DNA of 64,000 nucleotides from Escherichia coli (GTDB lineage Bacteria; Pseudomonadota; Gammaproteobacteria; Enterobacterales; Enterobacteriaceae): NCBI RefSeq assembly GCF_024700885.2, contig NZ_CP117016.1; one strand, 5' to 3'. Shown piece by piece: positions 42,052 to 52,458 of this stretch (position 1 is its first letter; each line of letters starts with the position of its first letter). The notes under the pieces were generated by a model. It saw only the letters and a program-made list of their open reading frames with translations, ran no database searches and was not told where the DNA came from. The position numbers and the translations under genes were made by a program.

Positions 42052-42783
42052 AACCTGTATCAATCCAGTGAAGGCTATCTGCTCTACTCGAAAGGCAATG
42101 GCTGTCCAAAAGATATTACATCAGGCGGGTGCTACCTGATCGGTAATAAAGATCTCGATCCGGAAATCAGTGTCAATAAAGAAATTGGGCTGGAGTTCAC
42201 CTGGGAAGATTACCACGCAAGTGTGACCTACTTCCGCAATGATTACCAGAATAAGATCGTGGCCGGGGATAACGTTATCGGGCAAACCGCTTCAGGCGCA
42301 TATATCCTCAAGTGGCAGAATGGCGGGAAAGCTCTGGTGGACGGTATCGAAGCCAGTATGTCTTTCCCACTGGTGAAAGATCGTCTGAACTGGAATACCA
42401 ATGCCACATGGATGATCACTTCGGAGCAAAAAGACACCGGTAATCCTCTGTCGGTCATCCCGAAATATACTATTAATAACTCGCTTAACTGGATCATCAC
42501 CCAGGCGTTTTCTGCCAGCGTCAACTGGACGTTATATGGCAGACAAAAACCGCGTACTCATGCGGAAACCCGCAGTGAAGATACTGGCGGTCTGTCAAGT
42601 AAAGAGCTGGGCGCTTATTCACTGGTGGGGACGAACTTCAATTACGATATTAATAAAAATCTGCGTCTTAATGTCGGCGTCAGTAATATCCTCAATAAAC
42701 AGATCTTCCGATCTTCTGAAGGGGCGAATACCTATAACGAGCCAGGCCGGGCTTATTATGCCGGAGTTACCGCATCATTCTGA
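42052..42783 (+). pseudogene. iroN: iroN 3' portion downstream of the IS150 insertion
   Basis: NLYQSSEGYLLYSKGNGCPKD..SNILNKQIFRSSEGANTYNEPGRAYYAGVTASF is the TonB-dependent receptor C-terminus with terminal aromatic residue; reading frame continuous with fragment 40449..40607 across the IS. Confidence 0.85.
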
Positions 42784-42827
42784 TCGTAGTGTTTCAGGCG
42801 CACTGCCCGTGTAAAAGCGGGCAGTGT

Positions 42828-43785
42828 TTAGTGGCTTAACTCATGACAACCTGCTGTGTAATTTGCGTTTTCACCACTGATATCTAACAGTGCCTGGCGA
42901 AAGGAGGCATTAAACATTGGCCCGTGTCCCAGGTTGGGGAAATCCCAAAATACGGCATTGACGCCTTTATCTTTCAGTATAGTGAGGGGGGGGATAAATT
43001 TTCGACAGCACCCCGACAGCATGCGTTTCCCGGTTATCACCCTGTGTCGCCGAGCCTTCCATTATCGCCAGGTGTTTGGCGAAGAATTGCAGAGGCTCAA
43101 CCGCCGTAACGCGGCTTAGCAAAGCATCATAACCTCTGCCCAACGACGGGCTGGCGCTGTAGTACGACCGGAAGTAAGAGGAGGACAGCCAGGAATCCAG
43201 CACGAAGAGGCCGCCGTAGGAGTGCCCCCATAAGCCGCGGCGTTGCCGATCGATATTCAGTCCCTGTTCCACTTTTGGGGCAATACGCGTTTCCAGTAAC
43301 TGGCGGAAGTTGTTGCTGCCACCACTCTTACGGCTAAAACGCCCTGAGTGGAGATCTGTTTTTCTGCTTTCTGTTGCTGGCATATAGTCGTAAGCCCTGC
43401 TGTTGAGATCGAAAGGGAGGTTGGTCTGATACCCGACAGCCACGATCACTGGCGGTGTTTTTTCTGACAATTGTTTGAGCAGTTCGTCATCCAGGCGGTC
43501 CATAACTGCGTTACCGTCAAGCATATATAAAATCGGGTAACCCGATGCCGGTGCGGTTGTATTCGGCACGGCCGTCCATACCCGATAATGGCGTGTGCCA
43601 TCGACAGAGTCGAAAGAGGTGGCGCTGAAATGGTAAAACACGGAGCCTTTATCGGCTATATTCGGCCCCAGTGGCCGCATATCCGGCTTCGCATAAACTT
43701 GCGCACTACAGATAAGGGTGAGGCAAGAAAGATGAAAGAAAATCGCTTTATGCGGGCGTGTTGAGCGATACTCGCGGGCATACAT
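42828..43785 (-). pseudogene. iroE: iroE (periplasmic salmochelin esterase) with frameshift at a poly-G/C tract
   Basis: 272-aa ORF with esterase motif GHSYGG ends at 42967; the remaining C-terminus (TILKDKGVNAVFWDFPNLGHGPMFNASFRQALLD..) continues in another frame (ORF 42828..43040) across the G7 run at 42995..43001. Confidence 0.7.
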
Positions 43786-43869
43786 CTGATGATTATTCCT
43801 TTTCCGCAGGTGACAATTTGATTTATTCAGGAAGTCTGTACCGTTTCCTGAAAGTGTTTGTGGGTCAAC

Positions 43870-45099
43870 TCAACCCTGTAGTAAACCAATCCCGTCAATC
43901 AGTGCACCGCGCCACCATGCGTAATCGTGACCACCGGTGTAGATTGCGCAATGGCTTTCGACGCCAGCGGTAATCAGCCGCTGGTGAAGTTGCTGAACGT
44001 GAGGCACTGTCGAACCTTCCAGCGATCCCACGCACAGGCTGATACGCACGCCCTGCGGTGGGGCAGAAAGCAGATGCTCACTCACCCATGAGGTATCGGT
44101 TTCGCTGAACAAGCCTGGTCGACTGGTTCTTTCTGGCGTCCACCACATTGAAGGAGAGTGGCTGAGCACCAGACCGAACGTTTCCGGTGCGTAACGAGCC
44201 CCCATTAGCGCACTGATCCCGCCGAGGCTCTGCCCGGCCAGCACTGTGCGCGAACGGTCTGCCCACTGACGCTGCGGTTGTTCAGCGCGGATCATCGGCA
44301 GCAGATGTCCTGCGATATCCTTTATCAGCTTGCTGCGCCCGCCGAGTATCTCAGTGCGTTCATGTTCATTAATGTTGTCAATGCCCAGTACAGCCACGGG
44401 CACGATGCGCCTGTTATTTATGGCGGCGTCAATTGCCGCGCATACGCCAAGGTGATCAAACCAGGTTTCACCATCGGGCAGCACGACCAGCCCGAGGGGC
44501 TGAGAAATATCAATGTCCGGAATATAGAGCCGAACCTGGCGAGATTTCCCGGCGATAATGCGCATGGAGGTAAGCAGTTGTCCGGTGTGGAAGCCGCCGT
44601 TCCATTCCGACAGGGCGGGAGCTTTATCAAGTGTCAGCACTGATTCCTTTGCGTTTCCCCGAACGTTGATCTCCGGCATTTTGTTTAGCGGATCGGCCTT
44701 TCCGGCGAGGGTGGCAAAACGGCCTCCGGACAGTGCAATCGTCTCAGCCGTAGTGCCGGGGGGGATTTCCAGCAGCGAATAGGAGCCGCAGTAACTTGCG
44801 GGTAAACGCAGTGTCAGTGTCCAGATATCCGTTTCGGGAAGGGCGCTCATCATTCCTTTTTCTACGTGCTCTTTATCCGTCACCCGGTTCAGACGCTGAC
44901 AAACGCCCTGCAGAGGATGTCGGGCGCGCCACAGAAAGGTCACTTCTCGCTCATCTTCCGCTCCTTCGACTGGCGTCACAAGAGGAACATTCAGCGACTC
45001 AGCTTCGCGCCAGAAGTCAGTAAGGTTAGCAATGTGGCCCGCTGCCAGTTGGTTGCGCAGGCTGGCGATAGCAGAGGGATGTTGTTGCATGTTCAGCAT
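43870..45099 (-). CDS. iroD: IroD (Fes-like salmochelin/enterobactin esterase)
   Basis: 409-aa ORF; esterase serine motif AGQSLGG; position between iroE and iroC. Confidence 0.8.
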   Translation of the reverse strand: MLNMQQHPSAIASLRNQLAAGHIANLTDFWREAESLNVPLVTPVEGAEDEREVTFLWRARHPLQGVCQRLNRVTDKEHVEKGMMSALPETDIWTLTLRLPASYCGSYSLLEIPPGTTAETIALSGGRFATLAGKADPLNKMPEINVRGNAKESVLTLDKAPALSEWNGGFHTGQLLTSMRIIAGKSRQVRLYIPDIDISQPLGLVVLPDGETWFDHLGVCAAIDAAINNRRIVPVAVLGIDNINEHERTEILGGRSKLIKDIAGHLLPMIRAEQPQRQWADRSRTVLAGQSLGGISALMGARYAPETFGLVLSHSPSMWWTPERTSRPGLFSETDTSWVSEHLLSAPPQGVRISLCVGSLEGSTVPHVQQLHQRLITAGVESHCAIYTGGHDYAWWRGALIDGIGLLQG

Positions 45100-45202
45100 T
45101 CATACTCTTTAAAAATTAAGGATGTCAGTATAAATAATTAAAGCGGCTATTCACGGTACCGCCGCTTCTGACTGTGTTTTTAATACATTACGTGTCCAGT
45201 AA

Positions 45203-46470
45203 CTATCCCGGGGTTTCCTCCTTCATGTTGTGCTGGCGATGGAGCGCAGTACTGCTGACGTTGTCATGCCATAAGCGGGTATAGAGGCCGCCTGCAGATA
45301 ACAGCTGTTCGTGGGTTCCGTATTCCGCAAGTAACCCCTTATCAATAACGGCAATCAGATCGCAGCGTTGCGCGGTGGTCAGACGATGTGCAACAATCAG
45401 CGCCGAGTGCTTCCCGGCATGCACGACATCTGTTAACGATGACATCAGTCGTTCTTCGGATGTGCGATCCAGACATGACGTGGCTTCGTCGAGCAGCAGG
45501 ATGTGAGCATTCGCCAGTTGCGCGCGGGCCAGCGCAATCAACTGGCGCTGACCTGCGGACAGATCGGCTCCGCCGTTATTCACCGGTGTCCGGAATCCCT
45601 GCGGCAGATTGCACACCATCTCATACAGCCCTGCCCGCTGTGAGGCAATTTCAACGTCTTCATTGGTGGCGGATGCCGTGAATAACGAATGTTTTCTGCA
45701 ATATCACTACTAAACAGTGCTACATCCTGATCGACAAGCCCAATCTGGCGACGATACTCAGTGAGCGAGGCATCATCGAGCATTTGCACACCGATTCTGA
45801 TGTTGCCGTGCGTGGGGAAATACAACCCGGCAATCAGCTTAATCAGCGTCGACTTACCCGCACCGCTGCGACCGACGACCGCGACAACCATTCCCTCAGG
45901 GATCGTCAGGGTAAGTTTGTTCAGAGCTGGCTCGTGACTGGCGGGATAACTGAACGTGACCTCATCAAGATGCAGTGCACCGGTGACGGGGAGGAGCGAA
46001 GAGGACCCGAGGTCCTCAGTGCCTTCTGTCGCCAGTAGTTCATCAATATGTTTGCCGCTGGCTGTCGCCTGCTGCCAGGCGTTGACAATCCTTGATAACT
46101 GCTGCCAATCCTCGATCGAATAGAGCGGAATACGCAGTTGCGCGGAAGCGCTCCGATAACGCGCGCAGCGGGACGCCCTCCAGTTCCTGCTGATTATGCG
46201 ATTGCACGACGCGCAGGCCGGAGACTTTCTCCTGCAGGGTGCTTGTTGACTTTGCCCGTGCCTGTGCATAAGAAGGGGTACTGAGGCGGCGATAAATCAT
46301 GGTTGCCATTGCGGCCACTGGCACTGTGCTTAATGCCGTCAGCGCCAGGAACGGGTCGAGCCAGAACATGGTGGCGGCGATTGCGAACATTGTCACCAGA
46401 CTGGTGGCCGCACCGGTAAGGCCGTTTTGCAGAAAGCGGGCGAGAGAGTCTACATCCCCATTTACCGTCT
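45203..46470 (-). pseudogene. iroC: iroC (ABC exporter) 3' remnant, frameshifted; 5' two thirds and iroB absent
   Basis: Three overlapping ORFs in different frames (45203..45619, 45580..46269, 46043..46396) carry ABC motifs (LSAGQRQLIALARA, ILLLDEATS, VVGRSGAGKSTL) and a TM region; total about 1.3 kb versus about 3.7 kb expected. Confidence 0.7.
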
Positions 46471-46922
46471 TATATCACTGGTGCTGGCAGACAGGAGTTT
46501 CATGAAACAATAACCCGAAATCACCAGTGTCGTTCAATGTGGCAACTGTTGGAAAAGGTTCGTCACTTTATGGTTACCGTCAGCCTATTCCCCGGTGGAA
46601 TGCATGGGCTAGCTAAAGTGTAGCAGTATTAGGATCTGTTATTTAGATTCGCAGGTGGGGGAGTGGGTAACGGATAATTCTACCGTAGCTAAACACAATC
46701 CGATAAATAAATAGCCCTATTGAGTTGTGGGTGGATGTAGTGATAATTGATGGATAAAAATATTATTTTTTTTGATGCTGATACCTTAATGGTTAATGAA
46801 CCAAATGGAATAATCTTAGTGTGTTGCTTTTTTATCTGACGTTAATTCCGCACTTGCTTATTATGCACAGAAAACATGGCGATAGTTTGCTAGGGTTATT
46901 TTGAGGAAAGTAAAGTATAATT

Positions 46923-47690
46923 ATGAAATGTATGAAATGGATGTGGATTGTGTCATCAAAAATACTTTTATCCCTTAGTTTTTTTTCATTTGCAAATGAA
47001 CAAGTGTTTGGAAATGTTGAAAACAATTCAAAGGTATTTTCTTTGCGTTTAGATACAACCCGTGTTGTCTATAACCAAGGTTCGTCTGGAGAAACATTGG
47101 CAGTCATTAATGAGCATGATTATCCGATATTAGTTCAGGCAGAGGTGCTGCTTGAAGACCAAAGAACTCCAGCGCCTTTTGTAATAACGCCACCACTGTT
47201 TCGGCTTGATGCTCTACAATCTAGTCGTCTTCGTATTATTCAAACTGGAGGTGATTTCCCGACAGATCGTGAAACTCTACAGTGGGTTTGTATAAAGGGG
47301 ATCCCGCCGAAAGTTGATGATAAGTGGGCTGAGGAAAATAGTAAGAATAAAGATGGTACAGATAAAGTAGCTCTAGACATACAAGTTTCTGTTAAAAGTT
47401 GCATTAAATTATTTGTCCGTCCGAAAATGGTGAAAGGTCATCCAGATGACGTTGCCGAAAATGTAAAATGGCAGAAGGTTGGTAATAGGTTGAAAGGAGT
47501 AAACCCAACACCGTTCTATATAAATCTTGCGGAATTGAAAGTGGGCGAAAAAGAAATACTGGAGCGTCATTATATAGCGCCATTTGGCTCTTATGAATAT
47601 CCTATCGATATGAATTGGAAGGGGGGGGTTACATGGAGAATAGTGACCGATTATGGTGGGATCAGTAACCAATTTGAAGCAAAGCTTTAA
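46923..47690 (+). CDS. Periplasmic pilus chaperone (PapD-like; AfaB/AggD-type)
   Basis: 255 aa with signal peptide; chaperone fold motifs (RVVYNQGSSGETLAVINEHDYPILVQA.., C-terminal domain with conserved W); first gene of a chaperone-usher operon. Confidence 0.85.
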   Translation: MKCMKWMWIVSSKILLSLSFFSFANEQVFGNVENNSKVFSLRLDTTRVVYNQGSSGETLAVINEHDYPILVQAEVLLEDQRTPAPFVITPPLFRLDALQSSRLRIIQTGGDFPTDRETLQWVCIKGIPPKVDDKWAEENSKNKDGTDKVALDIQVSVKSCIKLFVRPKMVKGHPDDVAENVKWQKVGNRLKGVNPTPFYINLAELKVGEKEILERHYIAPFGSYEYPIDMNWKGGVTWRIVTDYGGISNQFEAKL

Positions 47691-47720
47691 GCTTGATGAA
47701 TTTTTTTTGTGAATAAAATT

Positions 47721-50315
47721 ATGAAAGAATACATCTGTAATGCCTCTCTATGCAGTACATCTTTGTGTACTCAAAAAAATAAGCTCTCATATACAACATT
47801 ATTTATAATAATTATATCTTCATTTTTTTATGTGGGGGATGTGGCAGCACGTTCGTATTCGTTTGACGCATCATTATTAAACGGAGGTGGTAAAGGGGTA
47901 GATTTGAGGTTACTTGAAAATGGAGGACAACTACCTGGTATCTATCCAGTTGATATTATTTTGAATGGTGCCCATGTTGAATCAAGAGATATGTTTTTTC
48001 ATACAGGGAGAGATATACATGGAAAAGATTATCTAAAGGCCTGTTTGACCAAGGAAATGTTAATACGTTATGGAGTAAAAGTTGAAGAATATCCCGGTCT
48101 TTTTCGAATTGATAGTGAAAAGGAACGAGGTAGAGATATTTGTGCTGACTTATCAGTAATACCTCAAGCTACAGAATATTATCGATTCCTATCACAGCAA
48201 TTAATAATTGGAATTCCGCAGGTGGCAATTCGTCCATCATTGACAGGAATTGCACCTGAAGTAATGTGGGATGATGGTATCGATGCATTTGTAGTGAATT
48301 GGCAGGCGGAAGCGAGTCGTTTTGACTATAGAGGCTACGGCAGGAATTCTTCAGATAATTTTTGGTCCAGTTTTGAACCGGGGATTAATATAGGCGCTTG
48401 GCGCCTCAGAAATCTAACTACTTGGAATAAATCATCTGGACAATCGGGTAAATGGGATAGTTCATATATACGGGCTGAACGTGGATTGAACAGCATTAGA
48501 AGTCGTTTGACTTTAGGTGAAGGCTATTCTCCTGCGGATATTTTTGACAGTGTTCCTTTCCGGGGAGGAATGTTAGGAACTGATGAATATATGATTCCAT
48601 ATAATCAGCGGGAGTTTGCGCCAGTGGTAAGAGGAATAGCTCGAACTCAAGCCCGAATTGAAGTACGTCAAAATGGGTATCTGATACATAGTCAGATAGT
48701 TGCACCGGGGGCTTTTGCTTTGAACGACCTTCCGGTGACAGGCTCCAGTGATGATTTACAAGTGGCAATTCTGGAATCAGATGGCACTATACAGTCCTTT
48801 AAAATACCCTTCACTTTGCCGGCTATTGCTCTACGTGAAGGATATCTAAAGTATAATGTAACCGTAGGGCAATATCGGCCATCGGATAGTGGGGGGGAAA
48901 AAGCATACTTGGCGCAATCGACTGTTATGTATGGTTTACCATGGGGGGTGACGGCATTTGCTGGAGTTCAGGGGGCCGAACATTATCGGGCTGGTGCACT
49001 GGGGTTAGGATTGTCGCTGGGGAATTTCGGTGCTATGTCACTAGATACCATTTATTCTCGAGGGCAACAAAAGGGATATGATTATGAAACAGGACAAACT
49101 TGGCGTATTCGTTACGACAAGTCCTTTGGACTGACAGGAACCAGTTTTGCGGCTGCGAGTTATCAATATTCAGGTGAAAATTATCACACATTAGCGGATG
49201 TTTTGAATACTTATAATAATGTCACTAGCCTCATAGACAGGAATTTTGATAACAAAACTCGTCGGATTACTATGAATATAAACCAGCCTCTTGGCCGTTG
49301 GGGGTATGTGGGGTTGAATGGAGGACGTGATGTATATCGTAGTAAACCAAATCAAGATTATATTGGAGCGTCTTATAGTACTTCATGGAAAAATATTTCC
49401 CTTTCATTAAATTGGTCACGGAATCTTAATCTTGGGAACTGCAACGGTAGACGTTTCTGTACAGAGGATAATTTCAACATGTGGATAAGTGTTCCTCTGC
49501 AGCGCTGGTGGGGGGGATATGATAATGATATCTATGCCACGGCACAGATGCAGCGTTCAACCAGACAAAACTCCAGTTATGAAGTAGGCTTGAGTGGACG
49601 CGCTTTTGAAAGAAAATTGAACTGGGATGTTAGTGAGCAGATAGTACCAGGTAGCAAATATGATGCAGATACAGGTCGGTTAAAGTTACGTTGGTCTGGA
49701 ACCTATGGCGAATTGGCGGGAATGTATAGTTATAATACTAACACCCGTCAGATGAACCTAGGGATGTCTGGAAGTATGGTTATGCATAGCGAAGGTCTAA
49801 CTTTCGGTCAGAGAACTGGAGACACGATAGGCTTGATTGTTGCTCCGGATGTAGCAGGGGCTTCAGTCAGCGGCTGGCCTGGTGTAAGTACAGGCTCCCG
49901 TGGATATGGGGTGGTAGGTTATGTATCACCATACCAGGAAAATGTCCTCACACTGGATCCGACGACTTTCCCTGAAAATGTAGAAGTCCCACAGACAGAT
50001 AGTCGTGTTGTTCCGACGAAAGGAGCAGTTGTCCGGGCTGAATTTAAGACCCGAGTGGGAAAACGTGCTGTGCTGAATCTGATCCGTAAAGATGGAACGC
50101 GTTTACCATTCGGTACAGTGATAACCTTGGAAGGAAAAGTATCCGGTTCTGTAGGGGTGGTAGATGACAAGGGGGCTGTGTATCTGAGTGGCCTGTCTGA
50201 AACAGGAAAACTAAAGGCACAGTGGGGAAGGAATAGTCAATGCTATGCAGACTACATTCTTCCAAAAGAAAAGGGGCCAGCCGGAGTTTTTTTAACAAAT
50301 GCGGTATGCATATGA
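47721..50315 (+). CDS. Outer-membrane fimbrial usher (AfaC/AggC-type)
   Basis: About 865 aa; usher N-terminal plug/barrel signatures (LPGIYPVDIILNG..) and typical length. Confidence 0.85.
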   Translation: MKEYICNASLCSTSLCTQKNKLSYTTLFIIIISSFFYVGDVAARSYSFDASLLNGGGKGVDLRLLENGGQLPGIYPVDIILNGAHVESRDMFFHTGRDIHGKDYLKACLTKEMLIRYGVKVEEYPGLFRIDSEKERGRDICADLSVIPQATEYYRFLSQQLIIGIPQVAIRPSLTGIAPEVMWDDGIDAFVVNWQAEASRFDYRGYGRNSSDNFWSSFEPGINIGAWRLRNLTTWNKSSGQSGKWDSSYIRAERGLNSIRSRLTLGEGYSPADIFDSVPFRGGMLGTDEYMIPYNQREFAPVVRGIARTQARIEVRQNGYLIHSQIVAPGAFALNDLPVTGSSDDLQVAILESDGTIQSFKIPFTLPAIALREGYLKYNVTVGQYRPSDSGGEKAYLAQSTVMYGLPWGVTAFAGVQGAEHYRAGALGLGLSLGNFGAMSLDTIYSRGQQKGYDYETGQTWRIRYDKSFGLTGTSFAAASYQYSGENYHTLADVLNTYNNVTSLIDRNFDNKTRRITMNINQPLGRWGYVGLNGGRDVYRSKPNQDYIGASYSTSWKNISLSLNWSRNLNLGNCNGRRFCTEDNFNMWISVPLQRWWGGYDNDIYATAQMQRSTRQNSSYEVGLSGRAFERKLNWDVSEQIVPGSKYDADTGRLKLRWSGTYGELAGMYSYNTNTRQMNLGMSGSMVMHSEGLTFGQRTGDTIGLIVAPDVAGASVSGWPGVSTGSRGYGVVGYVSPYQENVLTLDPTTFPENVEVPQTDSRVVPTKGAVVRAEFKTRVGKRAVLNLIRKDGTRLPFGTVITLEGKVSGSVGVVDDKGAVYLSGLSETGKLKAQWGRNSQCYADYILPKEKGPAGVFLTNAVCI

Positions 50316-50330
50316 CTGGAGTAAGAAATA

Positions 50331-50765
50331 ATGAGATACCGTATAATGTCTTTATCCTGTGTAGTGTTTCTGATGATAGGAGGACTGTCTCAGGCTGCAG
50401 AGATTACGTTAGTAAGCCACAGGAGTACGGGAAGTCAGTTACGTGATGGCATGATACTGGCGACAGGACGAATTATCTGTCGGGAAATACATACAGGGTT
50501 TCAGATATGGATGAATGATCGTCAAGAGGGAGGACATCCGAGGCATTATGTTATACAAAATAGTAAAGGAAACCAAGGCGAGTTACGGGTCAGGATAGGC
50601 GGTAATAGCTGGTTTTCTTCTTTGGATGAAGAATGGCAGGGGTGGATCAGGCTAGGAAAGGAAAAACAAGTTAATTTTGATGTGATAGTCGATGGAGAAC
50701 AGTATATTCCTCCAGGTAAATATATATTCTCAGTAAGTGGTAAATGTATGGCATCAGAGATATAA
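50331..50765 (+). CDS. AfaD/AggB-like invasin / minor tip subunit
   Basis: 144 aa; AEITLVSHRSTGSQLRDGMILATGRIICREIHTGFQIWMNDRQ..QYIPPGKYIFSVSGKC resembles AfaD/DraD/AggB. Confidence 0.7.
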   Translation: MRYRIMSLSCVVFLMIGGLSQAAEITLVSHRSTGSQLRDGMILATGRIICREIHTGFQIWMNDRQEGGHPRHYVIQNSKGNQGELRVRIGGNSWFSSLDEEWQGWIRLGKEKQVNFDVIVDGEQYIPPGKYIFSVSGKCMASEI

Positions 50766-50875
50766 GAGTATGTGTCTACTGATACTATTTTGATTTTTAT
50801 AATATTTCATATTAATTGTATGGAAAATATTATTTCTATTTAAGTAGTAGTTAATGTTATTTAAGAGAGGTTTAT

Positions 50876-51391
50876 ATGAAAAAGAGTATCTATTTCATTA
50901 TATGTCCAGTTCTTTCTCTATATTGTGGAATGACGATGGCTAAAACATCACCACCGTCAACTACTATTTCTAGTGATAGCACTGCATTTGCGCAAGGTAC
51001 GATCGTAATAACTAACAATTGTAAGGTTAGTATCACCACCCCTACAAAAATTGAACGTCCTGCTACAGAGGCCACAAAAACTGATTACGTGACTTTTAAT
51101 ATTACTCAAACTCCGTCTTGTGCAAATATAGGCTCCAGAATTGCTTATTGGTCTGAAGGAAGTCAGTCAGCTTTTCGTATGGTCAATACAAGTAATCCTA
51201 CTTCATTTTACACTTTTCAAACCGTTAGCGAATCTCCTGCAACAGATACAAGATATGGGGGGGGTAAAATGTATGGGCTAGCTCGTGCAGGGGTTCGGAG
51301 CCTAAATGTAAGTATCCAAATTCCCCAAGCAAATAATTATCTTCCTGGTCAATATACAATTGGTCTTAACGCAGGCTTGGTCATAAACTAA
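50876..51391 (+). CDS. Putative major adhesin/pilin subunit (Afa/Dr-AAF family)
   Basis: 171 aa with signal peptide and two cysteines (NCKVS..PSCANIG), last gene of the chaperone-usher operon. Confidence 0.55.
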   Translation: MKKSIYFIICPVLSLYCGMTMAKTSPPSTTISSDSTAFAQGTIVITNNCKVSITTPTKIERPATEATKTDYVTFNITQTPSCANIGSRIAYWSEGSQSAFRMVNTSNPTSFYTFQTVSESPATDTRYGGGKMYGLARAGVRSLNVSIQIPQANNYLPGQYTIGLNAGLVIN

Positions 51392-51916
51392 ATAATAATC
51401 AGAGTGTAAGCAGCAAATGTAGGGATGTATTAGTTATAAAGGAATATATCTAGTATAGAATATATAATTCTTTCTACAAATATTGCTGCTAAATCCTCGT
51501 TGTCTATTCAGAGGAAAGGACATAGTATATATCGCAAGATTATAGGATGAAAGGCCTCGGGGCTGCTTTATCCAACGAGGTCAGTCCTTTCCTCTCTATT
51601 TGTTCAAATTCCAGAATATGTGTTAGATCGTATTCTTTTCAAAAAGAGGAGAGATTCCCGTTTGGCGGAAATTTCAGAACAATATCCATTAGTTAGAATT
51701 GATAAAATTGAATTTAAAAATTATGCTATAGTCAGTATTGCATTTAATTGTCAGTTGCATCTTTTGTTGGGTAGAAAAGCAGGATCTAACTGTGAAGTTT
51801 TATTATCTATCTGCTAATATTTTAAAGTGTAGTATTAAGGAAAAACATTTTTAGTATATCATCCATCAACTCCTATTCAGGAGTTGTTTAACTACAAAAG
51901 AAGCTAGGAGATTATT

Positions 51917-52264
51917 ATGAAAAAACTTAATGTGTCAATTTTTTCTATTGCGGCTTGTTTTAGTCTTAATGTATTTGCTGGTGGAGGAGGATGGAATTCG
52001 GATCTTGTAGATCCGCAACAATGTGTAAAATTGTCAGGTGCACAGTATACATATAATAGCTCTTCTAATAAATGTATGCAAGGTATCAACGAAGGGAAAG
52101 TCCATGGTGTTTCATTATTTGGAACATTCTATTATGGCGATGGCAGCCAAGGGACTTTTAAAGGAAGAGTTTCCCCGGGGACAACACTGAATACAAATCA
52201 AGATATGAACAAAACTAATAAATATGGCGTGAAATATAAGGTTATTACTGAGTGGGTTAGATAA
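51917..52264 (+). CDS. Dispersin-like (Aap/CexE family) small secreted protein
   Basis: 115 aa; signal peptide followed by AGGGGWNSDLVDPQQCV.SG.QYTYNS..KCMQGINEGKV.GVS..G.FYY.DG....FKG.V.P.T..NTNQD.NKTNK.GV....TEWV matches the dispersin/CexE pattern recalled from memory, including glycine immediately after the signal peptide. Confidence 0.65.
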   Translation: MKKLNVSIFSIAACFSLNVFAGGGGWNSDLVDPQQCVKLSGAQYTYNSSSNKCMQGINEGKVHGVSLFGTFYYGDGSQGTFKGRVSPGTTLNTNQDMNKTNKYGVKYKVITEWVR

Positions 52265-52458
52265 CTAGTCCAAGTCGTTACCGCCAAGTTTTCTTGGCGG
52301 TTAGATAGTAGATTTCGGATATGGTGGTCTTTTTCACAATTATTATAACATATATTTATCTGAGTCAGTAGATTATTGAATTCGATATCTGAAGCTAATA
52401 TGTATTAGTTCAGACCTGATCTGACAGTTACCGGTTATTTATACAGGTATCTGTCAGA

